Shown piece after piece: positions 17,974-27,096 of a stretch of 64,000 nucleotides of DNA (the stretch's first letter is position 1; the number at the start of each line of letters is the position of its first letter). Both the position numbers and the translations under genes were made by a program. The notes under the pieces were generated by a model that did no database searches, had not been told where the DNA came from, and saw only the letters and a list, made by a program, of their open reading frames with translations. The stretch lies in assembly GCA_016870325.1 (NCBI GenBank), contig VGBV01000001.1, positions 3,349-67,348 on the forward strand, given 5' to 3'. Origin of the DNA: Actinomycetota bacterium (GTDB taxonomy: Bacteria > Actinomycetota > Thermoleophilia > Solirubrobacterales > 70-9).

Positions 17974-19056
17974 TTGAACATCAGGAGAGGAAGCGGTGCC
18001 GCCTGTTCGCTCGCGCTGGTCGCGATGCTCGTCGCCGCCGCTCCCGCCCACGCGCAGGACGAGCTGAGCCCGGCCGAGACGGCCAAGGCCAAGCAGGCCG
18101 AGGAGGCCGCCAAGGCCGAGGAGGCCGCCAAGGCCGAGGAGAAGGCGCCGGCGCCGAAGCCCGACGTGGTCCGCATCGGGGCGCTGATCAACGACATCCA
18201 GCAGCTCGACCTGCAGTCCCACTCCTACAACGTCGACATGTACATCTGGTTCAAGTGGAAGAACCCGGAGATCGACCCTGCGTCGAGCTTCGAGTTCCTC
18301 AACGCCTTCGAGCTCTGGGGCCACATCCTCACGACCACGTACTCCGAGCCGCAGGTGCTTCCCGACGGCAGCCTCTACCAGGTGATCCGCAACCAGGGCA
18401 AGTTCAACGCCAAGCTGCCGCTGGAGGACTACCCGTACGACACCCAGGACCTGCAGGTGGCGCTGGAGGATGCGAACGCCGACTCCAGGCAGCTCGTCTT
18501 CGTTCCCGACGGCCCCGACCCGGTCGCGATCAGCCAGGACCTGGTGATTCCCGGCTACGAGATCGACGAGCCGACGCTGACGATCTCGGACAACCGCTAC
18601 GACACCAACTTCGGGGATCCCCGCTTCGACCGCGTCACCTACTCGCGCGCCGTCTTCGATCTGCCGGTGACCCGCCCGGAGGGGACCTACTCGCTGAAGC
18701 TGATGTTGCCGCTGCTGCTGGTGGCGCTGACCGCGTCGCTGGCGCTGCTGGTGCACCCGCGCTACGTCGAGGGCCGGATCGGGATCGGGATCACCGCGCT
18801 GCTCACCCTGGTCGCGCTTCAGATCACCAGCAACTCGAGCCTGCCGGAGGTGGACTACCTGATCCTGCTCGACAAGATCTACATCGCCTCCTACGCGTTC
18901 GTGGTGCTGACGATGGTGCTGATCGTGCGCAACTCCTGGGTCGACGCCGAGGGCGACTGGATCAAGGCCAAGGCGCTGGATCGCAAGAGCCTGCTCTGGC
19001 TGATGGTCGCCTACGTGCTGGTGATCGTCCTCCTCTTCATCCAGTCGCTGGCCTGA
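17974..19056 (+). CDS. prokaryotic pentameric ligand-gated ion channel (Cys-loop receptor superfamily, GLIC/ELIC-like)
   Basis: Signal peptide MNIRRGSGAACSLALVAMLVAAAPAHA/QDE (TTG start, uncertain). Ectodomain has IGALINDIQQLDLQSHSYNVDMYIWFKW and the Cys-loop-equivalent YPYDTQDLQVALE. M1 is RPEGTYSLKLMLPLLLV, M2 is RIGIGITALLTLVALQITSNSSLPEVDY, and M3 and M4 are also present. Confidence 0.85.
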   Translation: MNIRRGSGAACSLALVAMLVAAAPAHAQDELSPAETAKAKQAEEAAKAEEAAKAEEKAPAPKPDVVRIGALINDIQQLDLQSHSYNVDMYIWFKWKNPEIDPASSFEFLNAFELWGHILTTTYSEPQVLPDGSLYQVIRNQGKFNAKLPLEDYPYDTQDLQVALEDANADSRQLVFVPDGPDPVAISQDLVIPGYEIDEPTLTISDNRYDTNFGDPRFDRVTYSRAVFDLPVTRPEGTYSLKLMLPLLLVALTASLALLVHPRYVEGRIGIGITALLTLVALQITSNSSLPEVDYLILLDKIYIASYAFVVLTMVLIVRNSWVDAEGDWIKAKALDRKSLLWLMVAYVLVIVLLFIQSLA

Positions 19057-19089
19057 GGCCCCTGGCTCCTGGCACTACCCTGGGCGCCG

Positions 19090-20130
19090 ATGCCTGGGCA
19101 GCCAGAGAGCACGCCGGCCGACGTGGACGAGGTCCTCGACCCCGAGCCCGGACCGCTCGAGCCGCGCCGATCAGCGCCGCCCCGGCAGCGCTCGGCGATC
19201 GAGAGCGCCGCGGACGGCGTCGTCGACCTCGGGATTCGGGTGGCGACGCCCTTCGTTCGCTTCGGCTGGAACACGGCCCGAGGGATCGGCAGGCGCCTCG
19301 GCGTCAGTGACGCTGTCGAGCGCCAAGTGGGACGCGCGCTGGACAGCGACGCCGCGGCGCGCACGACCGAGCGCGTGCTCGAGACCCCGGCCGCCAACCA
19401 GGTCTGGGACACGGTGCTGGAGAGCGAGCAGGCGCAGAAGCTCGTCGAGCGCGTAGCCGAGGCGCCCGAGGTGCGCTCGGCGATCACCTCCCAGGGCCTC
19501 GGCCTGCTCGAGGACGTGCGCCAGACGGCGCGGCGCGCCGCGCGGCGCGCCGACGACGAGCTCGAGCGGCTGGTCCGCAAGGCGCTGCGCCGTCCGGCGC
19601 GGGGACAGCGCCCGGTTTTCGCCGGCGGCGCAACTCGTTTGCTCGCGATCGGCATGGACGCGGCGATCCTTTCCGGAATCCTGATGCTGATCGCTGCCGT
19701 GGTCTCGGCGCTGCTGAACGCCGTCTTCTCCCTCGGGGGCGACAACACCACTGCGGCGATCGCCTTCGGCGCGCTCGCCTGGTGGCTGTCGGCGGGCGTC
19801 TATCTGGGGATTTTCTGGATTCTCGCCGAGCGCACGCCGGGTATGACCTTCATGGCGCTGCGGATCTCGACCATCCGCGGCGCGCGCGTGGGGCCGCGGC
19901 AGGACTTGAAGCGCCTGATCGGCTTTGCGCTGGCTCTGATCCCGCTCGGGCTCGGATTCCTCGGGATTCTCACGAACGAGCGCCGTCGCGGCTGGCACGA
20001 TCGCTTCGCGGACACCGAGGTCCTCTACGCCGACCCCGAGCTGGACTCCGGCCTGCCCGGCTGGGTGCTTCAGCCGGGGACCCGGCCAGCGCCTGGGCCG
20101 GCGCGCTGGTCGGGCCATGGTGACGGCTGA
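19090..20130 (+). CDS. RDD-family membrane protein with a long soluble N-terminal region
   Basis: The C-terminal half has 3 hydrophobic segments flanked by ATRLLAIGMDAAI and RRGWHDRFADTEV (RDD signature). Confidence 0.75.
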   Translation: MPGQPESTPADVDEVLDPEPGPLEPRRSAPPRQRSAIESAADGVVDLGIRVATPFVRFGWNTARGIGRRLGVSDAVERQVGRALDSDAAARTTERVLETPAANQVWDTVLESEQAQKLVERVAEAPEVRSAITSQGLGLLEDVRQTARRAARRADDELERLVRKALRRPARGQRPVFAGGATRLLAIGMDAAILSGILMLIAAVVSALLNAVFSLGGDNTTAAIAFGALAWWLSAGVYLGIFWILAERTPGMTFMALRISTIRGARVGPRQDLKRLIGFALALIPLGLGFLGILTNERRRGWHDRFADTEVLYADPELDSGLPGWVLQPGTRPAPGPARWSGHGDG

Positions 20131-20749
20131 CGAGGCGGGGGGCGCGGCCCCTCGTGCGGTTCCCGTCACGCGTGAGCTGATGCGCGGCGCCGCGGAGGCG
20201 GCCGCGGAGGGCTTCCTCGACAACGAGATATGGGTCTGGATGCTGCCGCGTGAGTGGCAGCGCAGGCGCCTGCTGCCGCGCCACTACCGCTGGATGATCC
20301 GCAGCGTCTACATGCCGCGCTCCGCGGCCTGGACGACCCCCGACGCGGCGGGGACGGCGCTCTGGTTCCCGCCGGGGACGCTGTGGCTGCGGGGGTTCGA
20401 GCGCCTGGCCGAGGCCGCCTCGCTGCTGCCGGAGGGGATCGACTGCTTCCGCCGAGCGCTGCGCTGGGAGGAGCTCATCTCCGAACACCACCCGCGCGAG
20501 CGCTACTGGTACCTGCAGACGCTGTCGGTGCGCCCCTCCGCCCAGCGCGGCGGCATCGGCACCGCGCTGATCCGGCCCGGGCTCGATCGTGCCGACGAGG
20601 CGGGCGTCAGCACCTACCTCGAGACCCAGCGCTTCTCGAACGTCCCCTTCTACGAGCGCTTCGGCTTCGAGCTGACCGGCGAGGTCAGCCTGCCCGACTC
20701 CCCGCCGGTCTGGCTGATGTCGCGACCGCCCGGCGGCGGTGGCGCCTGA
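20117..20749 (+). CDS. GNAT-family N-acetyltransferase
   Basis: Acetyl-CoA motif LSVRPSAQRGGIGTALI, plus NVPFYERFGFE. Overlaps the RDD gene by 14 nt. Confidence 0.8.
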   Translation: MVTADEAGGAAPRAVPVTRELMRGAAEAAAEGFLDNEIWVWMLPREWQRRRLLPRHYRWMIRSVYMPRSAAWTTPDAAGTALWFPPGTLWLRGFERLAEAASLLPEGIDCFRRALRWEELISEHHPRERYWYLQTLSVRPSAQRGGIGTALIRPGLDRADEAGVSTYLETQRFSNVPFYERFGFELTGEVSLPDSPPVWLMSRPPGGGGA

Positions 20750-20817
20750 CGCTTACGTTGCGTTAGGCCCCGAGGTAAATGCTCGCGGGAGCCACGCCAA
20801 CCTCCGAAGGAGAGATC

Positions 20818-21315
20818 ATGCTGCGTCTGCTCACCATCTCAGCCGTGTCCGCCGCGCTCCTGATCGCCGGCTGCGGGGAAGACGACTCCTCCGGCTCCGG
20901 CGACACGGCGGCGGCGACCGAGGCGGCCGCGCCCGCGACGACAACCGAGAAGGCGGCGGCGACCGGAACCGAGATCAAGCTCGCCGGCTCGGATTTCGGC
21001 CAGATCCTCTTTGACGGAGAAGACCAGGCGATCTACCTGTTCGACAAGGAGAGCGGGCCGACGAGCGAGTGCTACGGCGAGTGCGCCGTGGCTTGGCCGC
21101 CCGTGCTGACCGAGGGCGACCCGCAGGCCGGCGCCGGCGCCAAAGCCGGCCTGCTGGGGACGACCGAGCGCGACGACGGCACTACGCAGGTGACCTACAA
21201 CGGCCACCCGCTCTACTACTACGTGGACGACCCGCCGGGCGAGGTCCTCTGCCACAACGTGGACGAGTTCGGCGGGCTCTGGCTGGTCGTGGACGGCGCC
21301 GGGAACGCGGTCTAG
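20818..21315 (+). CDS. secreted lipoprotein with tandem Yx(FWY)xxD repeats (COG4315-like)
   Basis: ATG follows GAAGGAGAG. Lipobox LLIAGC. Also YGECAVAWPP and HPLYYYVDD. Confidence 0.8.
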   Translation: MLRLLTISAVSAALLIAGCGEDDSSGSGDTAAATEAAAPATTTEKAAATGTEIKLAGSDFGQILFDGEDQAIYLFDKESGPTSECYGECAVAWPPVLTEGDPQAGAGAKAGLLGTTERDDGTTQVTYNGHPLYYYVDDPPGEVLCHNVDEFGGLWLVVDGAGNAV

Positions 21316-21327
21316 CCGCGAGCTGAG

Positions 21328-21630
21328 CTACGCGTCGTCGGCGGGGTCGAGCGCTTCCCGCGCCTCGGCCCAGCTGTCCGGCGGCACGCGCAGCGCGATG
21401 TCGCCGCGCCCGAACTCGTCCAGCGGCCAGTCCGAGGTCAGCACCGCCTTCACGCCGGCCTCGGCGAGCTGCTGGCGCCAGGCGCGGGCGGCGTCGAGCT
21501 CGCCGAAGTCCTCGACCACGGCCCAGTCGTCGAAGCGCGGGTCCGAGACGTGCAGCTCGGCGGCGCCGTCGATCGCGCGGGGACCGGCGACGCCCCTGGC
21601 GACGCGCCCGAACCCGTCGCGCAAACCCAC
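21328..21630 (-). CDS. hypothetical protein (DUF2007-like?)
   Basis: GTG ORF of 100 aa with acidic composition unlike a shadow ORF. Family call is tentative. Confidence 0.5.
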   Translation of the reverse strand: MGLRDGFGRVARGVAGPRAIDGAAELHVSDPRFDDWAVVEDFGELDAARAWRQQLAEAGVKAVLTSDWPLDEFGRGDIALRVPPDSWAEAREALDPADDA

Positions 21631-21637
21631 GGCGGAG

Positions 21638-22096
21638 CTAGTCGCTGAGCTCGACGCGCTCGATCAACTGGGGCTCGGAGGGACGGTCGCCGGGACCGGT
21701 CTCGGTGCTCTCGATCGCGTCCACGTTCTCCATGCCCTCGGTGACCTCGCCGAAGACGGTGTGCTTGCCGTCGAGCCAGTCGGCGGCCGGCGCCGTGACG
21801 ATGAAGAACTGAGAGCCGTTGGTGTTGGGCCCGGCGTTGGCCATCGCCAGCGCGCCGCGCACGACCTTGTGGTCGTTGAACTCGTCCTCGAAGGTGTAGC
21901 CCGGACCGCCGGTGCCCGTTCCCTCCGGGCAGCCGCCCTGGATCATGAAGTCGGGGATTACGCGGTGGAAGCTGAGCCCGTCGTAGAAGCCGTCGCCCGC
22001 GAGCTTGCGGAAGTTCTCGACGGTCTTGGGCGCGTCCTCGTCGAAGAACTCGACGGTGATCGGTCCTGCGTTCGTGTGAAACGTGGCCTTTGACAT
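21638..22096 (-). CDS. ppiB: peptidyl-prolyl cis-trans isomerase (cyclophilin type)
   Basis: [47 protein letters not shown]. Confidence 0.93.
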   Translation of the reverse strand: MSKATFHTNAGPITVEFFDEDAPKTVENFRKLAGDGFYDGLSFHRVIPDFMIQGGCPEGTGTGGPGYTFEDEFNDHKVVRGALAMANAGPNTNGSQFFIVTAPAADWLDGKHTVFGEVTEGMENVDAIESTETGPGDRPSEPQLIERVELSD

Positions 22097-22133
22097 GGGG
22101 GTTCTAGCGGCGGCGGCGCGTCGCCCTACGCTC

Positions 22134-23579
22134 TCACACCCGGGAAGGGCTCGGCTCGCTGCCCCAGGGCTTGCGCCAGCCGCCGTGGCCGGCGGGCAGG
22201 TTGGCGGCGCTCTCGGGCCCCCAGGTGCCCTGCTCGTAGACCTCGGGGTCCGGCGGGTCGTTGATCAGCGGCTGCACGATCGCCCAGGACGCCTCGACCA
22301 TGTCCTCGCGGGCGAAGTGCTCGGGGTCGCCGCGCAGCGCGTCGCCGAGCAACCGCTCGTACGGCCCCGGCTCGCCGCCGAACTGCTCATCGAAAAGCAG
22401 GTCCAGGTGGACCGGGCGCAGCTCTTCCTGTCCGGGCTCCTTGGCCTCGAGCAGGATGCAGGCGCCCGGGTTGGGGTCGATGCGGAAGATGATCTCGTCG
22501 GCCTTCGGCACCGCGCCGCCCGCGATCCCGATCCGCGGCGGGTTGTTGAAGATGACCCGGACCTCGGTCGTCTTGGCCGGCATCGCCTTGCCGGCACGCA
22601 GATAGAAGGGCACCCCGCCCCAGCGCCAGTTCTCGACCTCCAGCCGCAGCGCCACGTACGTCTCGGTCGTCGAGCCGGCCGCGACCCCGTCCACATCGAG
22701 ATAGCCGTCGTACTGGCCGCGCACGTAGCGGCTCGGGTCGGAGGGATGGATCGCCTTGAACAGGTCCATCTTCTTGTCGCGGATCGGATCGGGGTCCGAG
22801 CCGCCCGTGGGCGGCTCCATCGCGATTAGGGCGAGGATCTGCAGCAGGTGGTTCTGGACGACGTCGCGCAGCGCTCCGACCGCGTCGTAGAAGTGGCCGC
22901 GGTCCTCGACCCCGAAGTCCTCGGCCATCGTGATCCGCACCGAGTCGATGTAGCGGCGGTTCCAGATCGGCTCGAAGATCGTGTTCGCGAAGCGCAGGTA
23001 GAGCAGGTCCATGACCGGCTCCTTGCCCAGGAAGTGGTCGATGCGGAAGATCTGGTTCTCGGACAGCACCTCGCTGAGCTCGGCGTTCAACGCCCGGGCC
23101 GAGTCCAGGTCGTGGCCGAAGGGCTTCTCGATCACGACCCTGCCCCCATCGGTCATCTTCGCCTCGGCCAGCGACTTGGCAACGAGCCCGAACAGCGAGG
23201 GAGGGATCTCCAGGTAGTAGACGGGGGTCTTCGCCTCGCCCATGGCCTTCTTCACCGCCTCGTAGGTCTTCGGGTCCTTATAGTCGCCCTGGACGTACGT
23301 GAGGCCGTCGGCGAGCTTGCGGAAGACCTTCTCGTCGAAGTCCTCGCCCTCCTCCGCCAGGCAACTCGTGATCGACTCGCGCGCCCGCTCGCGCAGTCCC
23401 TCGTCGTCCATCTCGTCGATGGCGACGCCGACGATCGGCACGTCCAGGGTCCCGACCTCGACCAGCTTGTAGAGCGCATTGAAGGTCATCTTCCTGGCAA
23501 GGTCGCCGGTGATCCCGAAGATCACGAGGATGTCGGCGGGCGGACCGGTGGGGGCGGCGTGGATCTTTGGGTCGGTCAT
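22134..23579 (-). CDS. zwf: glucose-6-phosphate 1-dehydrogenase
   Basis: [30 protein letters not shown]. Confidence 0.95.
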   Translation of the reverse strand: MTDPKIHAAPTGPPADILVIFGITGDLARKMTFNALYKLVEVGTLDVPIVGVAIDEMDDEGLRERARESITSCLAEEGEDFDEKVFRKLADGLTYVQGDYKDPKTYEAVKKAMGEAKTPVYYLEIPPSLFGLVAKSLAEAKMTDGGRVVIEKPFGHDLDSARALNAELSEVLSENQIFRIDHFLGKEPVMDLLYLRFANTIFEPIWNRRYIDSVRITMAEDFGVEDRGHFYDAVGALRDVVQNHLLQILALIAMEPPTGGSDPDPIRDKKMDLFKAIHPSDPSRYVRGQYDGYLDVDGVAAGSTTETYVALRLEVENWRWGGVPFYLRAGKAMPAKTTEVRVIFNNPPRIGIAGGAVPKADEIIFRIDPNPGACILLEAKEPGQEELRPVHLDLLFDEQFGGEPGPYERLLGDALRGDPEHFAREDMVEASWAIVQPLINDPPDPEVYEQGTWGPESAANLPAGHGGWRKPWGSEPSPSRV

Positions 23580-23651
23580 TGGTTCCGCACCGTATCGTCT
23601 GCGGGGCGTACGTAGTATTGCCCTGACCTGTCAGCGGTGAGGAGGGAACGA

Positions 23652-24680
23652 ATGGCTCAGCTTGGAATGGTCGGCCTGGGACGGATGGGCGCCAACATCG
23701 TGCGCCGCCTGATGAAGGACGGCCACGAGTGCGTCGTCTACGACATCAACGCCGACGCGATCAAGGATCTCGCCGGCGAGGGCGCCGTGGGCGCCTCGAC
23801 GCTGCAGGAGCTGGCCGAGAAGCTCGACGCGCCGCGCTCGGTCTGGGTGATGGTGCCCGCGGGGGAGATCACCGAGACCACCGTGCACGAGGTCGCCGAC
23901 GTGCTCGACAAGGGCGACGCGATCATCGACGGCGGCAACTCCCACTACCACGACGACATCCGCCGCTCGGCCGAGTTCGCCGAGCGCGGCATCGACTACA
24001 TCGACTGCGGCACCAGCGGCGGCGTCTGGGGGCTCGAGCGCGGCTACTGCCTGATGATCGGCGGCCCCGACGGCGCCGTCGAGCGCCTCGACCCGATCTT
24101 CGCCTCGGTCGCTCCCGGCATCGGCGAGATCGAGCGCACCCCGGGGCGCAGCGGCGACCCCTCGCCTTCAGAGCAGGGCTACTACCACTGCGGACCCTCC
24201 GGGGCCGGCCACTTCGTGAAGATGGTCCACAACGGCATCGAGTACGGGCTGATGGCCGCCTACGCCGAGGGCCTCAACATCATCAAGGGCGCCGACGCCG
24301 GCAAGCGCGAGCGCGACGCCGACGCGGAGACCGCGCCGCTCGAGCACCCCGAGCACTACCAGTACGAGATCGACCTCTCCGAGGTCGCCGAGGTCTGGCG
24401 CCGCGGCAGCGTCATCGCCTCCTGGCTGCTGGACCTGACGGCATCGGCCCTGCACGCCTCGCCGACGCTGGAGGACTTCGGCGGCCGGGTCTCGGACTCC
24501 GGCGAGGGCCGCTGGACCTCGCTGGCGGCGATCGAGGAGGGCGTGCCGGCGCCGGTGCTGACCACGGCGCTGTACGAGCGCTTCTCCTCGCGCGACCTCG
24601 GCGACTTCGCGAACAAGGCGCTCTCGGCGATGCGCAAGGAGTTCGGCGGCCACGACGAGAAGCCGCACGGCTCCGGCTGA
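23652..24680 (+). CDS. gnd: 6-phosphogluconate dehydrogenase (decarboxylating, short form)
   Basis: MVGLGRMGANIVRRL, IIDGGNS, CGTSGGVWG, HFVKMVHNGIEYG. RBS GAGGAGGGA precedes ATG 23652. Confidence 0.92.
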   Translation: MAQLGMVGLGRMGANIVRRLMKDGHECVVYDINADAIKDLAGEGAVGASTLQELAEKLDAPRSVWVMVPAGEITETTVHEVADVLDKGDAIIDGGNSHYHDDIRRSAEFAERGIDYIDCGTSGGVWGLERGYCLMIGGPDGAVERLDPIFASVAPGIGEIERTPGRSGDPSPSEQGYYHCGPSGAGHFVKMVHNGIEYGLMAAYAEGLNIIKGADAGKRERDADAETAPLEHPEHYQYEIDLSEVAEVWRRGSVIASWLLDLTASALHASPTLEDFGGRVSDSGEGRWTSLAAIEEGVPAPVLTTALYERFSSRDLGDFANKALSAMRKEFGGHDEKPHGSG

Positions 24681-24698
24681 GCGGCCGGGCCGCGCGCG

Positions 24699-25370
24699 AT
24701 GGGCGAGCACACGCTGCAGGTGCTTGACGACGCCGACGCGGTGGCCCGCCGCGGCGCCGAGGTGATCGCCGAGTCGGCTCGCGACGCGGTCGCGGCCCAC
24801 GGCTCGTTCGCGATGGCGGCCAGCGGCGGCCACACCCCGTGGGCGATGTACGGGCAGATCGAGGAGCAGGAGCTGCCCTGGGCGAAGACGCTGATCTTCC
24901 AGACCGACGAGCGCATCGCCGCCCCGGGCTCGGACGAGCGCAACCTGACCCACCTGGTCGCGGCGCTCTCGATCGGCGCCCAGGGCTCGCTGCGGCCGAT
25001 GCCCGTCAACGACGAGGACCCCGAGGCTGGGGCGGCGCGATACGGCGAGTCGCTGCCCGAGGCCTTCGAGCTGGTCCACCTGGGCCTCGGACCCGACGGC
25101 CACACCGCCTCGCTGACGCCCGACGATCCCGTGCTGGAGGTCAGCGACCGGCGGGTCGCGATCACCGGCAACCCCTACCAGGGCGTCCACCGGATGACCC
25201 TCACCTACCCGGTGCTCGACTCGGCGAAGCGCCTGATCTGGGTGATCACCGGCGAGTCCAAGCGCGAGCCGCTCCGCAAGCTGCTAGCGCAGGACCGGTC
25301 GATCCCCGCCGGCCGCGTCGAGCCCGCCGGCGAGTCGCTGATCCTCGCCGACCGCGCGGCGGCGCAGTAA
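24699..25370 (+). CDS. pgl: 6-phosphogluconolactonase
   Basis: FAMAASGGHTP, TDERI, HLGLGPDGHTASL. Confidence 0.9.
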   Translation: MGEHTLQVLDDADAVARRGAEVIAESARDAVAAHGSFAMAASGGHTPWAMYGQIEEQELPWAKTLIFQTDERIAAPGSDERNLTHLVAALSIGAQGSLRPMPVNDEDPEAGAARYGESLPEAFELVHLGLGPDGHTASLTPDDPVLEVSDRRVAITGNPYQGVHRMTLTYPVLDSAKRLIWVITGESKREPLRKLLAQDRSIPAGRVEPAGESLILADRAAAQ

Positions 25371-25376
25371 GGCCCA

Positions 25377-25425
25377 GCCGAGCGACGAGCTAAAGGCGCT
25401 GGGCGCCAACAAGTCGTCGCTCGGC
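25377..25425. terminator. bidirectional hairpin between convergent pgl and the protease gene
   Basis: 12-bp arms GCCGAGCGACGA / TCGTCGCTCGGC enclose an inner GGCGC-tgg-GCGCC stem. Confidence 0.5.
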
Positions 25426-25436
25426 GAGTGGCGGGC

Positions 25437-27008
25437 CTAGCGCCTGGTCGGCTCGAACTGCTGGGCCTCCCAGATGCAGTTCGCCTTCTTGCCGCCCTGC
25501 TTCGGCTTGCGCTTGCAGGCGTTGAGCTTCTTCTTGCGGCCCTTGCTGATGCCGCCGCCGGCCTGCTTCCAGAGCGAGAAGGCGGTGTCGCCCAGGTAGG
25601 TGCCGGCGATCAGGGTGCAGTTCGGGTCCGTGCCGCAGGCGGTGTGGCTGACGACCGAGTTGAGGATGCCGCCGCTGAGCACGTAGCCGCCGCCGCTGGA
25701 TCCCTCCTTCATGTTGCAGGGACCCGCCTTGGGGGAGTCGGTGAAGAGCTCGAATCCCTTGAACTTCGAGCGGCAGAGGATCGGTCGCTCGGCGTCGTAG
25801 AAGGCCGAGGGCTCGCCGGGGTAGCCGAAGATCTGGAACTCGGTCTTGTTCTTCTTGTAGCGGTCGCCCGGCCGGTTGAAGCTGATCCCGCGCGATCCGA
25901 GCACGTCCTCGATCTGCCCGCCGGGGCCGGCGGTGAGGTTGACGGTGCCGACGTCGAACTCGGGGAAGCCCTCGAAGCTCCACAGCGACGGCGCCCGCAG
26001 GACCGTGCCGGCGTAGGTCCCGAACGGGGTGGCGCCGTCGTAGTAGGCCGGAACGAAGATCACGTTCGTGGACCAGAGCGGTTCTGACGGGGTCGGGGTG
26101 ACGAGGCAGTGCCCCGCGGTGAGGATCACGTTGCGGTTGTGCGAGGTGACGACCGTCGCCGAGCAGGAGGCGTCGCTGGGCCCGATCTTGAAGAAGAGGC
26201 GCCCGTGGATCCGCTCGGGGTAGAGCGTGTCGAGCGAGGGAGAGATCTCCTCGTCGGGGAGGTCAGCGAACAGGGTGGGCCCGGCGGCCGCGCTCGCGCC
26301 GGAGTCAGCCGGTGCTGGAGCGGGCTCGACCTGGTCGGGGAACGCGGGGCCCTCAAGCGGCGTCGCCTCGCGCATGCGCTCGGGCGTCCAGTAGCCGCGC
26401 GCATCGGCGGGGCTCGACTCGACGCGGTCTGAGCTGATCGTCGAGGCGCCCGCCGGCGCCGCCATCAGGGCCAGCGCCGCGACCACCACCAGCGCCGGCA
26501 GCCAGGGCGTGAGGCGGGGGATCCAGCGGGGCACGTTGCGCTTGTAATCCAAGTAGTCCTCTCCGAATCTCTTGACCAGGCCGGGCTCCTCGGCGAGCGG
26601 CATGTAGATCGCGTTGACGGTGCCGAATGCCGCGGTCCAGACGGCGATCGCGGGAGAGCCGGTCGCGAGCGCCTCGCCGCACAGAAGAGTGAACACCCCG
26701 GTGATCATCGGGTTGCGGACCCGATGGTAGGGGCCGGTCACGACCAGGCGCCGGGTCGGGTCCCATGGAGCGAGCGTCCCCTCGCCCTCGCGTGCGAAGA
26801 GGGTGATGGTGCTGTGCATGAGCCGCAGCCCCAGGAACGCCAGCCCCAGGCCGGCGCCGACCGAGGCGGCGGCCAGCGGGGCGGGCAGGCCCCAACCGAG
26901 GTTGGTCCCCCAGGCCAGGCAGAGGGCGAGCGGGACCGCGAACGCCACGACCCCGGGCAGCGGGCCGATCGCGCGCAGCTGCCGCAGCGATGACCTGGGC
27001 GGCTCCAC
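25437..27008 (-). CDS. fusion: ICMT/PEMT-like membrane methyltransferase domain + trypsin-like (S1) serine protease with a Lys/Cys-rich tail
   Basis: N-terminal part has GPYHRVRNPMITG..AEEPGLVKRFGEDYLDYKRNVPRWIPR. A hydrophobic segment LPALVVVAALALMAAPAGA follows. The protease part has LTAGHC (His) and KEGSSGGGYV (Ser). A single frame runs from GTG 27008 with no internal stop. Confidence 0.75.
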   Translation of the reverse strand: MEPPRSSLRQLRAIGPLPGVVAFAVPLALCLAWGTNLGWGLPAPLAAASVGAGLGLAFLGLRLMHSTITLFAREGEGTLAPWDPTRRLVVTGPYHRVRNPMITGVFTLLCGEALATGSPAIAVWTAAFGTVNAIYMPLAEEPGLVKRFGEDYLDYKRNVPRWIPRLTPWLPALVVVAALALMAAPAGASTISSDRVESSPADARGYWTPERMREATPLEGPAFPDQVEPAPAPADSGASAAAGPTLFADLPDEEISPSLDTLYPERIHGRLFFKIGPSDASCSATVVTSHNRNVILTAGHCLVTPTPSEPLWSTNVIFVPAYYDGATPFGTYAGTVLRAPSLWSFEGFPEFDVGTVNLTAGPGGQIEDVLGSRGISFNRPGDRYKKNKTEFQIFGYPGEPSAFYDAERPILCRSKFKGFELFTDSPKAGPCNMKEGSSGGGYVLSGGILNSVVSHTACGTDPNCTLIAGTYLGDTAFSLWKQAGGGISKGRKKKLNACKRKPKQGGKKANCIWEAQQFEPTRR

Positions 27009-27096
27009 GAGCCGAAGCTTAGAAGAGCGCGCGTTTGGTTGGTCGCCGAGCCCGGGTCGGCGATCGTGGCCGGTTCGATCGGTCGCCTAAACGAGC

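Noticed and set aside
18050-18140. The AEEAAKAEEAAKAEEK repeat as a separate repetitive element.
   Set aside because: It is an in-frame low-complexity linker between the signal peptide and the ectodomain of the channel protein, not an independent feature.
22097-22133. An opcA gene downstream of zwf.
   Set aside because: Only 37 bp separate zwf from the cyclophilin gene, and no OpcA-like translation is found in any frame nearby.
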